Source of the DNA: Pseudodesulfovibrio mercurii | GTDB taxonomy: Bacteria > Desulfobacterota > Desulfovibrionia > Desulfovibrionales > Desulfovibrionaceae | NCBI RefSeq assembly: GCF_000189295.2 | Contig: NC_016803.1 | Location: 3,180,001 to 3,212,000 of the forward strand | DNA length: 32,000 nucleotides | Direction: 5' to 3' | Shown here: positions 20,369 to 27,452 of the stretch, in pieces | How the letters are laid out: each line of letters starts with the position of its first letter | How positions within the stretch are numbered: position 1 is the stretch's first letter | Position numbers and translations under genes: made by a program | Notes under the pieces: generated by a model | What the model was told of the DNA's origin: nothing | Database searches by the model: none | The model's input: only the letters and a program-made list of their open reading frames with translations

Positions 20369-22483
20369 TCAGTTTCCGGCCTGGGTCTCCTCGACAGGGG
20401 ATTCCTCGGCCAGGAACGGTTCGTCCCGGTCGTAGCAGACCAGGCCGCAGCGGAGGCAGCGGTCGGCTTCGGTCAGGGCCTGGGGTTCGTCGAGGGGGCC
20501 CTCCACCTCGCTGAAGGTGCAGGTGCGGTCGTCGCCGTGGCACAGGAGGGGCAGGACGGCCCGTTGTTTGCGTTCCACGTGGTCGATTTCCTTGAACAAC
20601 GTATAGGGGATCATGCCCTTCTGGGTGGTCTCGGGGACCGGGATGGCGGCCTGGGTCAGGTGGTAGTGGATGGACCGGGCCGCCTTGCGGCCGTCGCCGA
20701 TGGCCGAGATGACCAGGTCCGGGCCGGTGTAGACGTCGCCCGCCGTGAATACGCCGGGGATGGCCGTCTCGAAGGTGTCCGGGTCGGCCGCGATGGTCTG
20801 CCACTTGGTGGTCTCCAGGGCGCAGGTTCCCTCGGGATTGTCCTCGTACAGGCAGGCGAGGTCGGGCTTCTGGCCGATGGCCGGGATGATCAGGGTGGCC
20901 TCCATGCGCTGCTCGGAGCCCTCCTTCTTGATCGGGCGGCGGCGTCCGGAGGCGTCCGGTTCGCCGAGCTCCATCTCGTAGTATTCCAGGTGGGTGGCCC
21001 GGCCGTTTTCGTCGCCGATGACCCGGGCCGGGGCGGCCAGGAACGTGAACTTCACGCCCTCCTCCTCGGCCCCGTCGATCTCTTCCTCGGCGGCGGGCAT
21101 CTCGTTCCGCGTGCGCCGGTACATGAGGGTCACGTCGGCCCCCAGGCGGACGCAGGTGCGGGCCGCGTCGATGGCCGTGTTGCCGCCGCCGACCACGATG
21201 ACCTTGCTGCCGGTCTCGGGTTTCTGGCCCAGGGCGTGGGCGGTCAGGAACTCGATGCCGCCCATGACGCCGTCCAGGTCCTCGCCCTCGGCGTACATGC
21301 CGGATGCCCGCCACGCGCCGATGCCGATGAAGGTGGCGTCGAAACCCTCGGCCTTCAGGGATTCCAGGGTGAAGTCGCGGCCGAACCGGGTGTTCATGCG
21401 GGTGTCGATGCCCAGGTCCAGGATGCCCTGGATCTCCCAGTCCAGGTCCGCCTTGGGCAGGCGGTATTCCGGGATGCCGTAGCGGGTCTGGCCGCCGAGC
21501 TTGGGCATGGCGTCGAAGATGGTCGGGTGGTGGCCCAGGCGGCGCAGGAAATAGGCGCAGGACAGCCCGGCCGGGCCGCCGCCGATGACGGCCACGCGTT
21601 TGCCGGTGTCCCTGGCGCAGGGCACGGGCAGGTGGACGCCCGAGCGCAGCTCGCGGTCGGCCACGAAGCGCTTGAGCATGTTGATGCCCACCGGGGCGTC
21701 CACGTGCTGGCGGCGGCAGACCGTCTCGCACGGCCGGGGGCAGACCCGGCCGCAGGTGACCGGCAGCGGGTTGCGCTCCTTGATGGTCATGACCGCGCCG
21801 TCGTAGTCGCCCGCCTTGATCTGCTCGATATACCTGGGGATGTTGATCTGGGCCGGGCACTTCTGGCGGCACGGGGCCAGGCAGTCGGTGGTCTGGTTGA
21901 GGTGCAGCAGCCGGGCGGACATGCCGGACACGGCGATGACGCCGCGCGGGCAGGCGTCCACGCAGTTGCCGCACGCCTTGCAGCGGTTCGGGTCGATGAC
22001 CGGCAGCCCCTCGGGTCCCATGTGGATGGCGTCGAAGGGGCAGGCGCGCACGCAGGAGCCCAACCCCAGGCAGCCCTCGGGGCAGGACTTGGACCCGCCG
22101 TAGAGCAGGTGGGCGGCCCGGCAGTCCAGGGCGCCCTCGTAGTGGAAGGCGTCCTCGGCCCGCAGCCCGCCGGTGCAGTCGCGCACGGCCAGCTCGGGCT
22201 CGCGCTCGACGACCTCCTGGCCCATGAGGGCGGCGATGACCGCGATGGCCTCGGAGTCGGCCACGATGCAGGCCGAGGCCGGGGCCTTGCCCGCCACGAT
22301 GGCGGCCGCCGCGCCCGAGCAGCCCGGGAAGCCGCAGCCGCCGCAGTTGGCCCCGGGCAGGTTGTCCTCGATGAGCGCGATGCGCGGGTCCTCCTTGACG
22401 AAGAGGAGCTTCGAGGCGATGCCCAGGATGGCCGCCGCCAGCAGGCCGATGCCGAACAGAGTCAGTCCCGATGTCAGTATCAT
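20369..22483 (-). CDS. rnfB: RnfB fused in frame to a GltD-like (glutamate synthase small-subunit family) FAD/NAD(P)H oxidoreductase with a Cys-containing C-terminal extension
   Basis: Residues 1 to about 190 are RnfB-like: TM helix, CGGCGFPGC Fe-S domain, CxxCxxCxxxCP ferredoxin motifs. Residues from about 196 are GltD-like: CRQKCP...NPLPVTCGRVCPRPCETVC, then VAVIGGGPAGLSCAYFL and VIVVGGGNTAIDAAR dinucleotide folds and GVFTAGDV. Single uninterrupted 704-codon ORF. Confidence 0.88.
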   Translation of the reverse strand: MILTSGLTLFGIGLLAAAILGIASKLLFVKEDPRIALIEDNLPGANCGGCGFPGCSGAAAAIVAGKAPASACIVADSEAIAVIAALMGQEVVEREPELAVRDCTGGLRAEDAFHYEGALDCRAAHLLYGGSKSCPEGCLGLGSCVRACPFDAIHMGPEGLPVIDPNRCKACGNCVDACPRGVIAVSGMSARLLHLNQTTDCLAPCRQKCPAQINIPRYIEQIKAGDYDGAVMTIKERNPLPVTCGRVCPRPCETVCRRQHVDAPVGINMLKRFVADRELRSGVHLPVPCARDTGKRVAVIGGGPAGLSCAYFLRRLGHHPTIFDAMPKLGGQTRYGIPEYRLPKADLDWEIQGILDLGIDTRMNTRFGRDFTLESLKAEGFDATFIGIGAWRASGMYAEGEDLDGVMGGIEFLTAHALGQKPETGSKVIVVGGGNTAIDAARTCVRLGADVTLMYRRTRNEMPAAEEEIDGAEEEGVKFTFLAAPARVIGDENGRATHLEYYEMELGEPDASGRRRPIKKEGSEQRMEATLIIPAIGQKPDLACLYEDNPEGTCALETTKWQTIAADPDTFETAIPGVFTAGDVYTGPDLVISAIGDGRKAARSIHYHLTQAAIPVPETTQKGMIPYTLFKEIDHVERKQRAVLPLLCHGDDRTCTFSEVEGPLDEPQALTEADRCLRCGLVCYDRDEPFLAEESPVEETQAGN

Positions 22484-22505
22484 GATGTCGTCCCGTGCTT
22501 GTCCG

Positions 22506-23081
22506 TTAGATCATGCCCTTGAAGGCGAAGAAGGCCAGGGACATGAGCCCGGCCATGATCAGCCCGATGGGCGTGCCGCGCATGGCCATGGGCAGCCGCC
22601 GCACGGCCAGCCTCTCGCGGATGCCCGCCAGCAGGACCAGGGCGAGCATGAAGCCCAACCCCGAGGCGAAGGCGAACAGGACCGTCTTGACGAAGCCGAA
22701 CTCCTCGCGCTGGCAGATGAGCGCGATGCCCATGACCGCGCAGTTGGTGGTGATCAGCGGCAGGAAGATGCCCAGGGACTTGTACAGCGGCGGGACGACC
22801 TTCTTGAGGAACATCTCCACGAACTGGACCAGGGCGGCGATGACCAGGATGAAGGCGAGCGTCTGGAGGAAGTCCAGGCCGAAGGGGGCCAGGACGTACT
22901 CCTGGACCAGCCAGGTGATGGCCGCGGCCATGACGGCCACGAAGACCACGGCCCCGCCCATGCCGACGGCCACGCCCGTGTCCCTGGAGGTGCCGATGAA
23001 CGGGCAGTTGCCCAGGTACTGGGCCAGGACGATGTTGTTGACGAACATCGCCCCGATGAAGAGAAGGAAGTATTCCTGCAT
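22506..23081 (-). CDS. rnfA: Rnf complex membrane subunit A
   Basis: 191 aa. MQEYFLLFIGAMFVNNIVLAQYLGNCPF... and ...LPLITTNCAVMG are canonical RnfA/NqrE-type blocks. Confidence 0.93.
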   Translation of the reverse strand: MQEYFLLFIGAMFVNNIVLAQYLGNCPFIGTSRDTGVAVGMGGAVVFVAVMAAAITWLVQEYVLAPFGLDFLQTLAFILVIAALVQFVEMFLKKVVPPLYKSLGIFLPLITTNCAVMGIALICQREEFGFVKTVLFAFASGLGFMLALVLLAGIRERLAVRRLPMAMRGTPIGLIMAGLMSLAFFAFKGMI

Positions 23082-23135
23082 TATCGTTTCCTTGATCCGC
23101 GGCTGTTGAAAAACGGCGATCTGCGTCGTTGCTTC

Positions 23136-23187
23136 AAAAAGTCCAAACCCTCGCGTACCGGAAGTACGCTTCGGCCTTGAACTTTTT
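23136..23187. other. structured AT-richer element inside the rnfE-rnfA gap
   Basis: Arms aaaaagtccaa / ttgaacttttt (1 mismatch) enclose a gcgtac/gtacgc inner stem. T/A runs lie on both sides, giving a bidirectional terminator-like shape. Confidence 0.3.
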
Positions 23188-23246
23188 TCGCGCCTAGCAT
23201 CTCACCATTTTTGAACAGCCTCCAATTTTGATTTTTTGGATACTCG

Positions 23247-23924
23247 TCAGCAGTTCTTGTGGCCGCAGCCGCCGCATGCGCCGCAGTCGTGGGTCGGGGC
23301 CTGGACGGCCGCCAGCCCCTTTCGCCTGCGCCGGACGTTCTCCACGAAGGTCATGATGCACAGGAGGATGCCGAGCGTGACGAAGGCGCCCGGCGCCTTG
23401 ACCATGATGCCGATGGGCTGAAAGCCCTCCCAGGCCACGTTGACCCCGAAGATCATGCCCGTGCCGAGCAGCTCGCGCAGGGCCCCGAGAAAGGTCAGGG
23501 ACAGGGTGTAGCCCACGCCCATGCCCAGGCCGTCGGCCAGGGACGGGAGCACGGGATTCTTGGAGGCGAAGGCCTCGGCCCTCCCCAGGATGATGCAGTT
23601 GACCACGATGAGCGGCACGAAGATGCCCAGCCGCTGGTAGAGCGGATAGGCGAAGGCCTGCATGAGCAGCTCCACGGCGACCACCAGGGAGGCCGCGACC
23701 ACGATGAAGCAGGCGATGCGCACCTTGGACGGGATGAACCGGCTGAGCAGGGAGACCAGCATGTTGGACAGGGCCAGGACGAAGATGACGGCTACGCCCA
23801 TGCCGAGCCCGTTGCTCGCCGTGTTGGTCACGGCCAGGGTCGGGCAGAGCCCCAGGACCAGCTTGAACGGCGGCAGGTCCGTCCACAGCCCTTTCGAGAA
23901 TTCCTTCCACAATCTGCTGTTCAT
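23247..23924 (-). CDS. rnfE: Rnf complex membrane subunit E with a Cys-rich C-terminal tail
   Basis: LGLCPTLAVTNTASNGLGMG and VPLIVVNCIILGRAEAF blocks. ATG 23924 has GGAG upstream; the alternative ATG is at 23936. Ends ...THDCGACGGCGHKNC. Confidence 0.9.
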   Translation of the reverse strand: MNSRLWKEFSKGLWTDLPPFKLVLGLCPTLAVTNTASNGLGMGVAVIFVLALSNMLVSLLSRFIPSKVRIACFIVVAASLVVAVELLMQAFAYPLYQRLGIFVPLIVVNCIILGRAEAFASKNPVLPSLADGLGMGVGYTLSLTFLGALRELLGTGMIFGVNVAWEGFQPIGIMVKAPGAFVTLGILLCIMTFVENVRRRRKGLAAVQAPTHDCGACGGCGHKNC

Positions 23925-23949
23925 TGTCGGCTCCATGCGCTGCGGCGGT

Positions 23950-24525
23950 CTAGGACCAGCCCGCGGCGAGCTTGCCTTTCAGGGCGTTGAAGATGGCGAT
24001 GGCGTCGCGCACGGCGGCCACGGTGCCGGTGGACGAGATGGTCGCCCCGGCCACGGCCTGGATGTCGCCGCCGTTCTTCTTGAGGTCCATGTGTTCCAGT
24101 GAATGGCCCCGGAACTGGGTGGTGTAGCCGTGCTCGGCCACGCGCGCGCCCACGCCGGGGGTCTCCTTGAGGGTGGTGATGCCGATGCCGGTCAGGGCCA
24201 TGGCGTGCACGTCGAAGCCGACCATGACGCCGATGTCGCCGCCGTAGCCCTTGCCCGAGGTCTCGAAGGCCACGCCCACGAGCGCGCCGTTCTTGAGGGC
24301 CGGGAACACGATCACGGTGCGGCCGTCCACCTCGAACTTCCTGCGGTCCTTGATCGGGTTGTTGTCGTACCCGGCCAGGACCGACTCGATGGCCGGGGCC
24401 TGGACATAGGTCAGGACCTGCTCCTCGATGATCGGGGCCGTGACCTGCCTGAGCGCGGCCAGGGTGATGCCCGCGATGCCGCAGATGAGCGACAGGACGA
24501 TCATCATCTTGATCATTTCCTTCAT
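23950..24525 (-). CDS. rnfG: Rnf complex subunit G (FMN-binding)
   Basis: GGAAGGAGG SD. N-terminal TM anchor. ETPGVG and flavinylation-type motif AGATISS. Confidence 0.9.
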   Translation of the reverse strand: MKEMIKMMIVLSLICGIAGITLAALRQVTAPIIEEQVLTYVQAPAIESVLAGYDNNPIKDRRKFEVDGRTVIVFPALKNGALVGVAFETSGKGYGGDIGVMVGFDVHAMALTGIGITTLKETPGVGARVAEHGYTTQFRGHSLEHMDLKKNGGDIQAVAGATISSTGTVAAVRDAIAIFNALKGKLAAGWS

Positions 24526-24528
24526 GGC

Positions 24529-25479
24529 CTACCTCCTTCCGAACGGCTTGGGCCGGATGCGTTCCAGGACCGGGGTGAACAGGTTGGCCAGCAGGATGGC
24601 GAAGGGCACGCCGTCCGCGTAGGCCCCCCAGGTCCGGATGATGATGATCAGGGCTCCGGTCAGCAGCCCGAAGAGGAGCATGGGGATCTGCCGGTTGGGG
24701 GAGGACGGCCCGTCCGTGGCCAGGAAGAAGGCCCCGAACAGGGTGGACCCGGTCAGCAGATGGAAGGCCGGGGAGGCGTAGATGGACGGGTCGAGCCAGT
24801 GGAACAGGAAGGCGGTCAGGGCGACCCCGCCGATGACCCCCACCGGGATGATGGACGAGACGTGCCTGCGCATGACCAGGAGCATGCCGCCGAGGACCAC
24901 GCCCGCGATCTGGACCGCGCCCAGGCCGCCGAGCTGCTTGCCCAGGAAGAGCTGGCGGGTGTCGGTGATCTGGACCGCGTCCAGGCCGAAGTCCTTGAGC
25001 TGGGCCAGGGGATAGGTCAGGTCCGTGCCGAGCATGGAGGCGTTGATGTCCATGAAGGCGGGCCAGGAGATGCGGCAGATGGCCCAGCCGATGAGCGGGG
25101 CGCAGAACGGGCTGCCGCCCAGCGGGCCGAAGGCCATCTTGCCGAGCACGATGGAGGCCGCGCTGCCGAAGGTCACCAGCCACCACGGGGCCGATGCGGG
25201 CAGCAGGAAGGCGAAGGACAGCCCCACGGTGAAGGCGTGGAAGTCGTGGACCTCGGTCTCCCGGTCCATGAAGTAGTCGCAGGCCATCTCGGCCAGCACG
25301 GCGGCGGCCATGGACAGGGCCATGACGCGCACGGCGGGCATGCCGAAGGTCATGGTCGCCATGACGGCGGCGGGCAGCATGGCCACCAGGATGGTCAGCA
25401 TCCGGTCCCGCACGGTGGTGCCGCAGTGGCGGTGGGGCGGGACCGAGACGGTCAGGGCAAAGGGGTTGAGGGGCTTCAC
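24529..25479 (-). CDS. rnfD: Rnf complex membrane subunit D
   Basis: Polytopic protein with SVPPHRH near the N-terminus and FFLATDGPSSP. I set the start at GTG 25479, which overlaps the rnfC stop (GTGA) with GGGGAGG upstream. The longer ORF to 25710 overlaps rnfC. Confidence 0.87.
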   Translation of the reverse strand: MKPLNPFALTVSVPPHRHCGTTVRDRMLTILVAMLPAAVMATMTFGMPAVRVMALSMAAAVLAEMACDYFMDRETEVHDFHAFTVGLSFAFLLPASAPWWLVTFGSAASIVLGKMAFGPLGGSPFCAPLIGWAICRISWPAFMDINASMLGTDLTYPLAQLKDFGLDAVQITDTRQLFLGKQLGGLGAVQIAGVVLGGMLLVMRRHVSSIIPVGVIGGVALTAFLFHWLDPSIYASPAFHLLTGSTLFGAFFLATDGPSSPNRQIPMLLFGLLTGALIIIIRTWGAYADGVPFAILLANLFTPVLERIRPKPFGRR

Positions 25480-26579
25480 GGCAGGGGTACCTCCCCGGAC
25501 TGGGCTTTGGCCTTCGCCAATTCGCTCTTGGCGAGCCGGATGTATTGAAGCATGGGGCGGTGGGCGATGCAGAAATAGCCGCACAGGCCGCACTCGAAGC
25601 AGACGTCCACACCCTCGGCCTCGGCCTTGTCGTACCGCCCGAACTCGGCATAGCTGGTGATCATGGCCGGATCCAGCCGCGCCGGACACCGCCGCACGCA
25701 CTCCCCGCACCCCACGCAGGCGGCATCCACCACCACCGGCGCCGGGTTGCGCACCAGGCCGACGCAGGTGGTCGCGCGGTCCACGCCCTGGCCGGGCGAG
25801 GACGCGGCCGTGCCCCGGAGCACGCCGCCCAGGACGATGCGGTCGCCGTCGCGGAGGGTCTCGCCATCGGTGGTCAGGATCTCGCCCACCGGGGTGCCCA
25901 GGTCCATGAGCCGGGCCGCGTTGCCCACGGTGACCATGGTCTCCATGACCGGCAGGCCGGTCTCCATGACCAGGCCCGCGTGGAACACGGTCTCCAGGCC
26001 GATGACCAGGGTGTTGTCCGGGGCCTCGATGCCGGTCACGGCCTTGGCCACCAGGGGGTCGAGCCCCTGGGGATACTGGTCCGGCACGACCTTGACGGTC
26101 ATGTTGGGCAGGCTCTCCCGGACCGCTCCGGGCACGGCCAGGACCACGTCCACGGGCACGAATCCCCGGACCAGGGCCTCGGCCCCGGCGCGCAGGGTGT
26201 CCTGCCGCTCGGCCATGAGGGTGCGCCGGGAGTGCAGGCTCGGCTCCTCGTCCACCGCGTTGAGGATCAGGGTGTCCACCTGGTGACAGACCGGGATGTC
26301 GGCCCCGAGTTCGCGCAGGCGGGTCAGGAGTTCCGGGCCGCTCAGGCCGTCGAGGACTTCCGGGGGCACGGTCCCGCCCTCGCCGCCCTCGATGCGGATG
26401 CGGTACGGATCCACGTGCCGGACCGTGCCGGCGAAGGGGGCGTGGATGTCGCCCGCGCCGGGCCGGGACGCTGTGGCGATGCGCTCGCCGCGCGCGACCT
26501 CCTGGCCGCAGGTGACCAGCGGGCAGTGGCGGTTCAGGGTCATCTCCGCCTGGGCGGAGGGTGTTTGTTGCATGGTCAT
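25476..26579 (-). CDS. rnfC: Rnf complex subunit C, short form (367 aa) with a degenerate Gly-rich cofactor loop
   Basis: Barrel-sandwich N-terminus (GQEVARGERIA...HAPFAGTV), 51K-like core (DTLILNAVDEEPSL), SLBB-like region and two CxxCxxC(x)nCP motifs at the C-terminus. Where RnfC/NuoF normally has GLGGAGFP, this protein reads ELGADIPV. Confidence 0.85.
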   Translation of the reverse strand: MTMQQTPSAQAEMTLNRHCPLVTCGQEVARGERIATASRPGAGDIHAPFAGTVRHVDPYRIRIEGGEGGTVPPEVLDGLSGPELLTRLRELGADIPVCHQVDTLILNAVDEEPSLHSRRTLMAERQDTLRAGAEALVRGFVPVDVVLAVPGAVRESLPNMTVKVVPDQYPQGLDPLVAKAVTGIEAPDNTLVIGLETVFHAGLVMETGLPVMETMVTVGNAARLMDLGTPVGEILTTDGETLRDGDRIVLGGVLRGTAASSPGQGVDRATTCVGLVRNPAPVVVDAACVGCGECVRRCPARLDPAMITSYAEFGRYDKAEAEGVDVCFECGLCGYFCIAHRPMLQYIRLAKSELAKAKAQSGEVPLP

Positions 26580-26586
26580 GTTCCGG

Positions 26587-27351
26587 CTACCTGCTGATGT
26601 GGCATTGTTTGCAGTTGTCCGGGCCGTAGGGGCCCGCGCCCATTTCCTCGTGGCAGGACATGCACTGGTCGTGGAAGGCGTTCATGCGCGGCAGGACCAG
26701 CTCCCTGGTCTCGGCCTCGTGGCACTGGTTGCAGGCCGAGAAGTCGCCCTTGTAGTCGGTCATGTCCTTCTGGGAGTGGCAGGACTTGCAGCTGGACAAC
26801 CCCTTGTCGAACATGTCCTCGTGGCACTGGCCGCAGCTCTTGTGTCCGGCCTCGCGCATGGACAGGAGGTTGTTCGTGCTCTTTTCCCCGTGGCAGTTGG
26901 TGCACTTCTGGGGCTCGGGCTCGATGTCCTTGCCGTGGTGGCAGTCGCCGCAGTCCGAGGCGTAGTCCTTGTGGACCTCGTGATCGAAGTTGATCTTGTC
27001 GTATTCAATGTGGTGGCAGCGCACGCAGTAGGACTCGTTGGGGAAGGAATCCATGTGATTGTCCACGAAATTCTTGTCGAAGTCGTTGGGATGGCAGGAG
27101 CCGCAGGCCAGGGCCCCGTCCTCGGGCGTGACGATGGGCTGGGTCTTGTCGTGGTGGCAGCGGGAGCATTCGATCCCGTAGTCCCGGTGGTGGACCAGGT
27201 GGGAGAAGATGACCTTGCCCCCGTTGTTCTCGAACAGGATGCGCACGGGCATCGGCTGCGTCTGGCCGGAGCGGACATAGCCGACGATGGCCACGGCCAG
27301 GAGCACTAAGGTCGCCGCCAGGACCGGAAATATTTTCGATTTTGAACGCAT
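26587..27351 (-). CDS. membrane-anchored decaheme cytochrome c (DhcA-like, first gene of the rnf cluster)
   Basis: Ten CxxCH motifs counted in the translation (CSRCH, CGSCH, CVRCH, CGDCH, CTNCH, CGQCH, CKSCH, CNQCH, CMSCH, CKQCH). N-terminal hydrophobic anchor. GGAGAGGA SD. Confidence 0.9.
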   Translation of the reverse strand: MRSKSKIFPVLAATLVLLAVAIVGYVRSGQTQPMPVRILFENNGGKVIFSHLVHHRDYGIECSRCHHDKTQPIVTPEDGALACGSCHPNDFDKNFVDNHMDSFPNESYCVRCHHIEYDKINFDHEVHKDYASDCGDCHHGKDIEPEPQKCTNCHGEKSTNNLLSMREAGHKSCGQCHEDMFDKGLSSCKSCHSQKDMTDYKGDFSACNQCHEAETRELVLPRMNAFHDQCMSCHEEMGAGPYGPDNCKQCHISR

Positions 27352-27416
27352 CGTTCCTCTCCGCCGCGATGAGGCGGCAGCTCCGGGTGATTACCGGTGA
27401 TTGATTCCGTTGCGGT

Positions 27417-27442
27417 CTGCGGGCGGCCGGAGCCGCCCGCAG
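27417..27442 (-). terminator. GC-rich hairpin after the DASS transporter gene (possible terminator, no U-tract)
   Basis: Perfect 11-bp stem ctgcgggcggc / gccgcccgcag with a 4-nt loop, 10 nt downstream of the stop. Confidence 0.4.
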
Positions 27443-27452
27443 GGTCTTGTCG

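Noticed and set aside
20022-21974. 650-aa minus-strand ORF, with similar alternative-frame ORFs at 16182-18638, 23921-25651, 2945-4780, 9001-10578 and 9296-10573
   Set aside because: These are alternative frames or strands of genes with clear homology. The translations are dominated by R/P/G/H runs typical of off-frame high-GC sequence.
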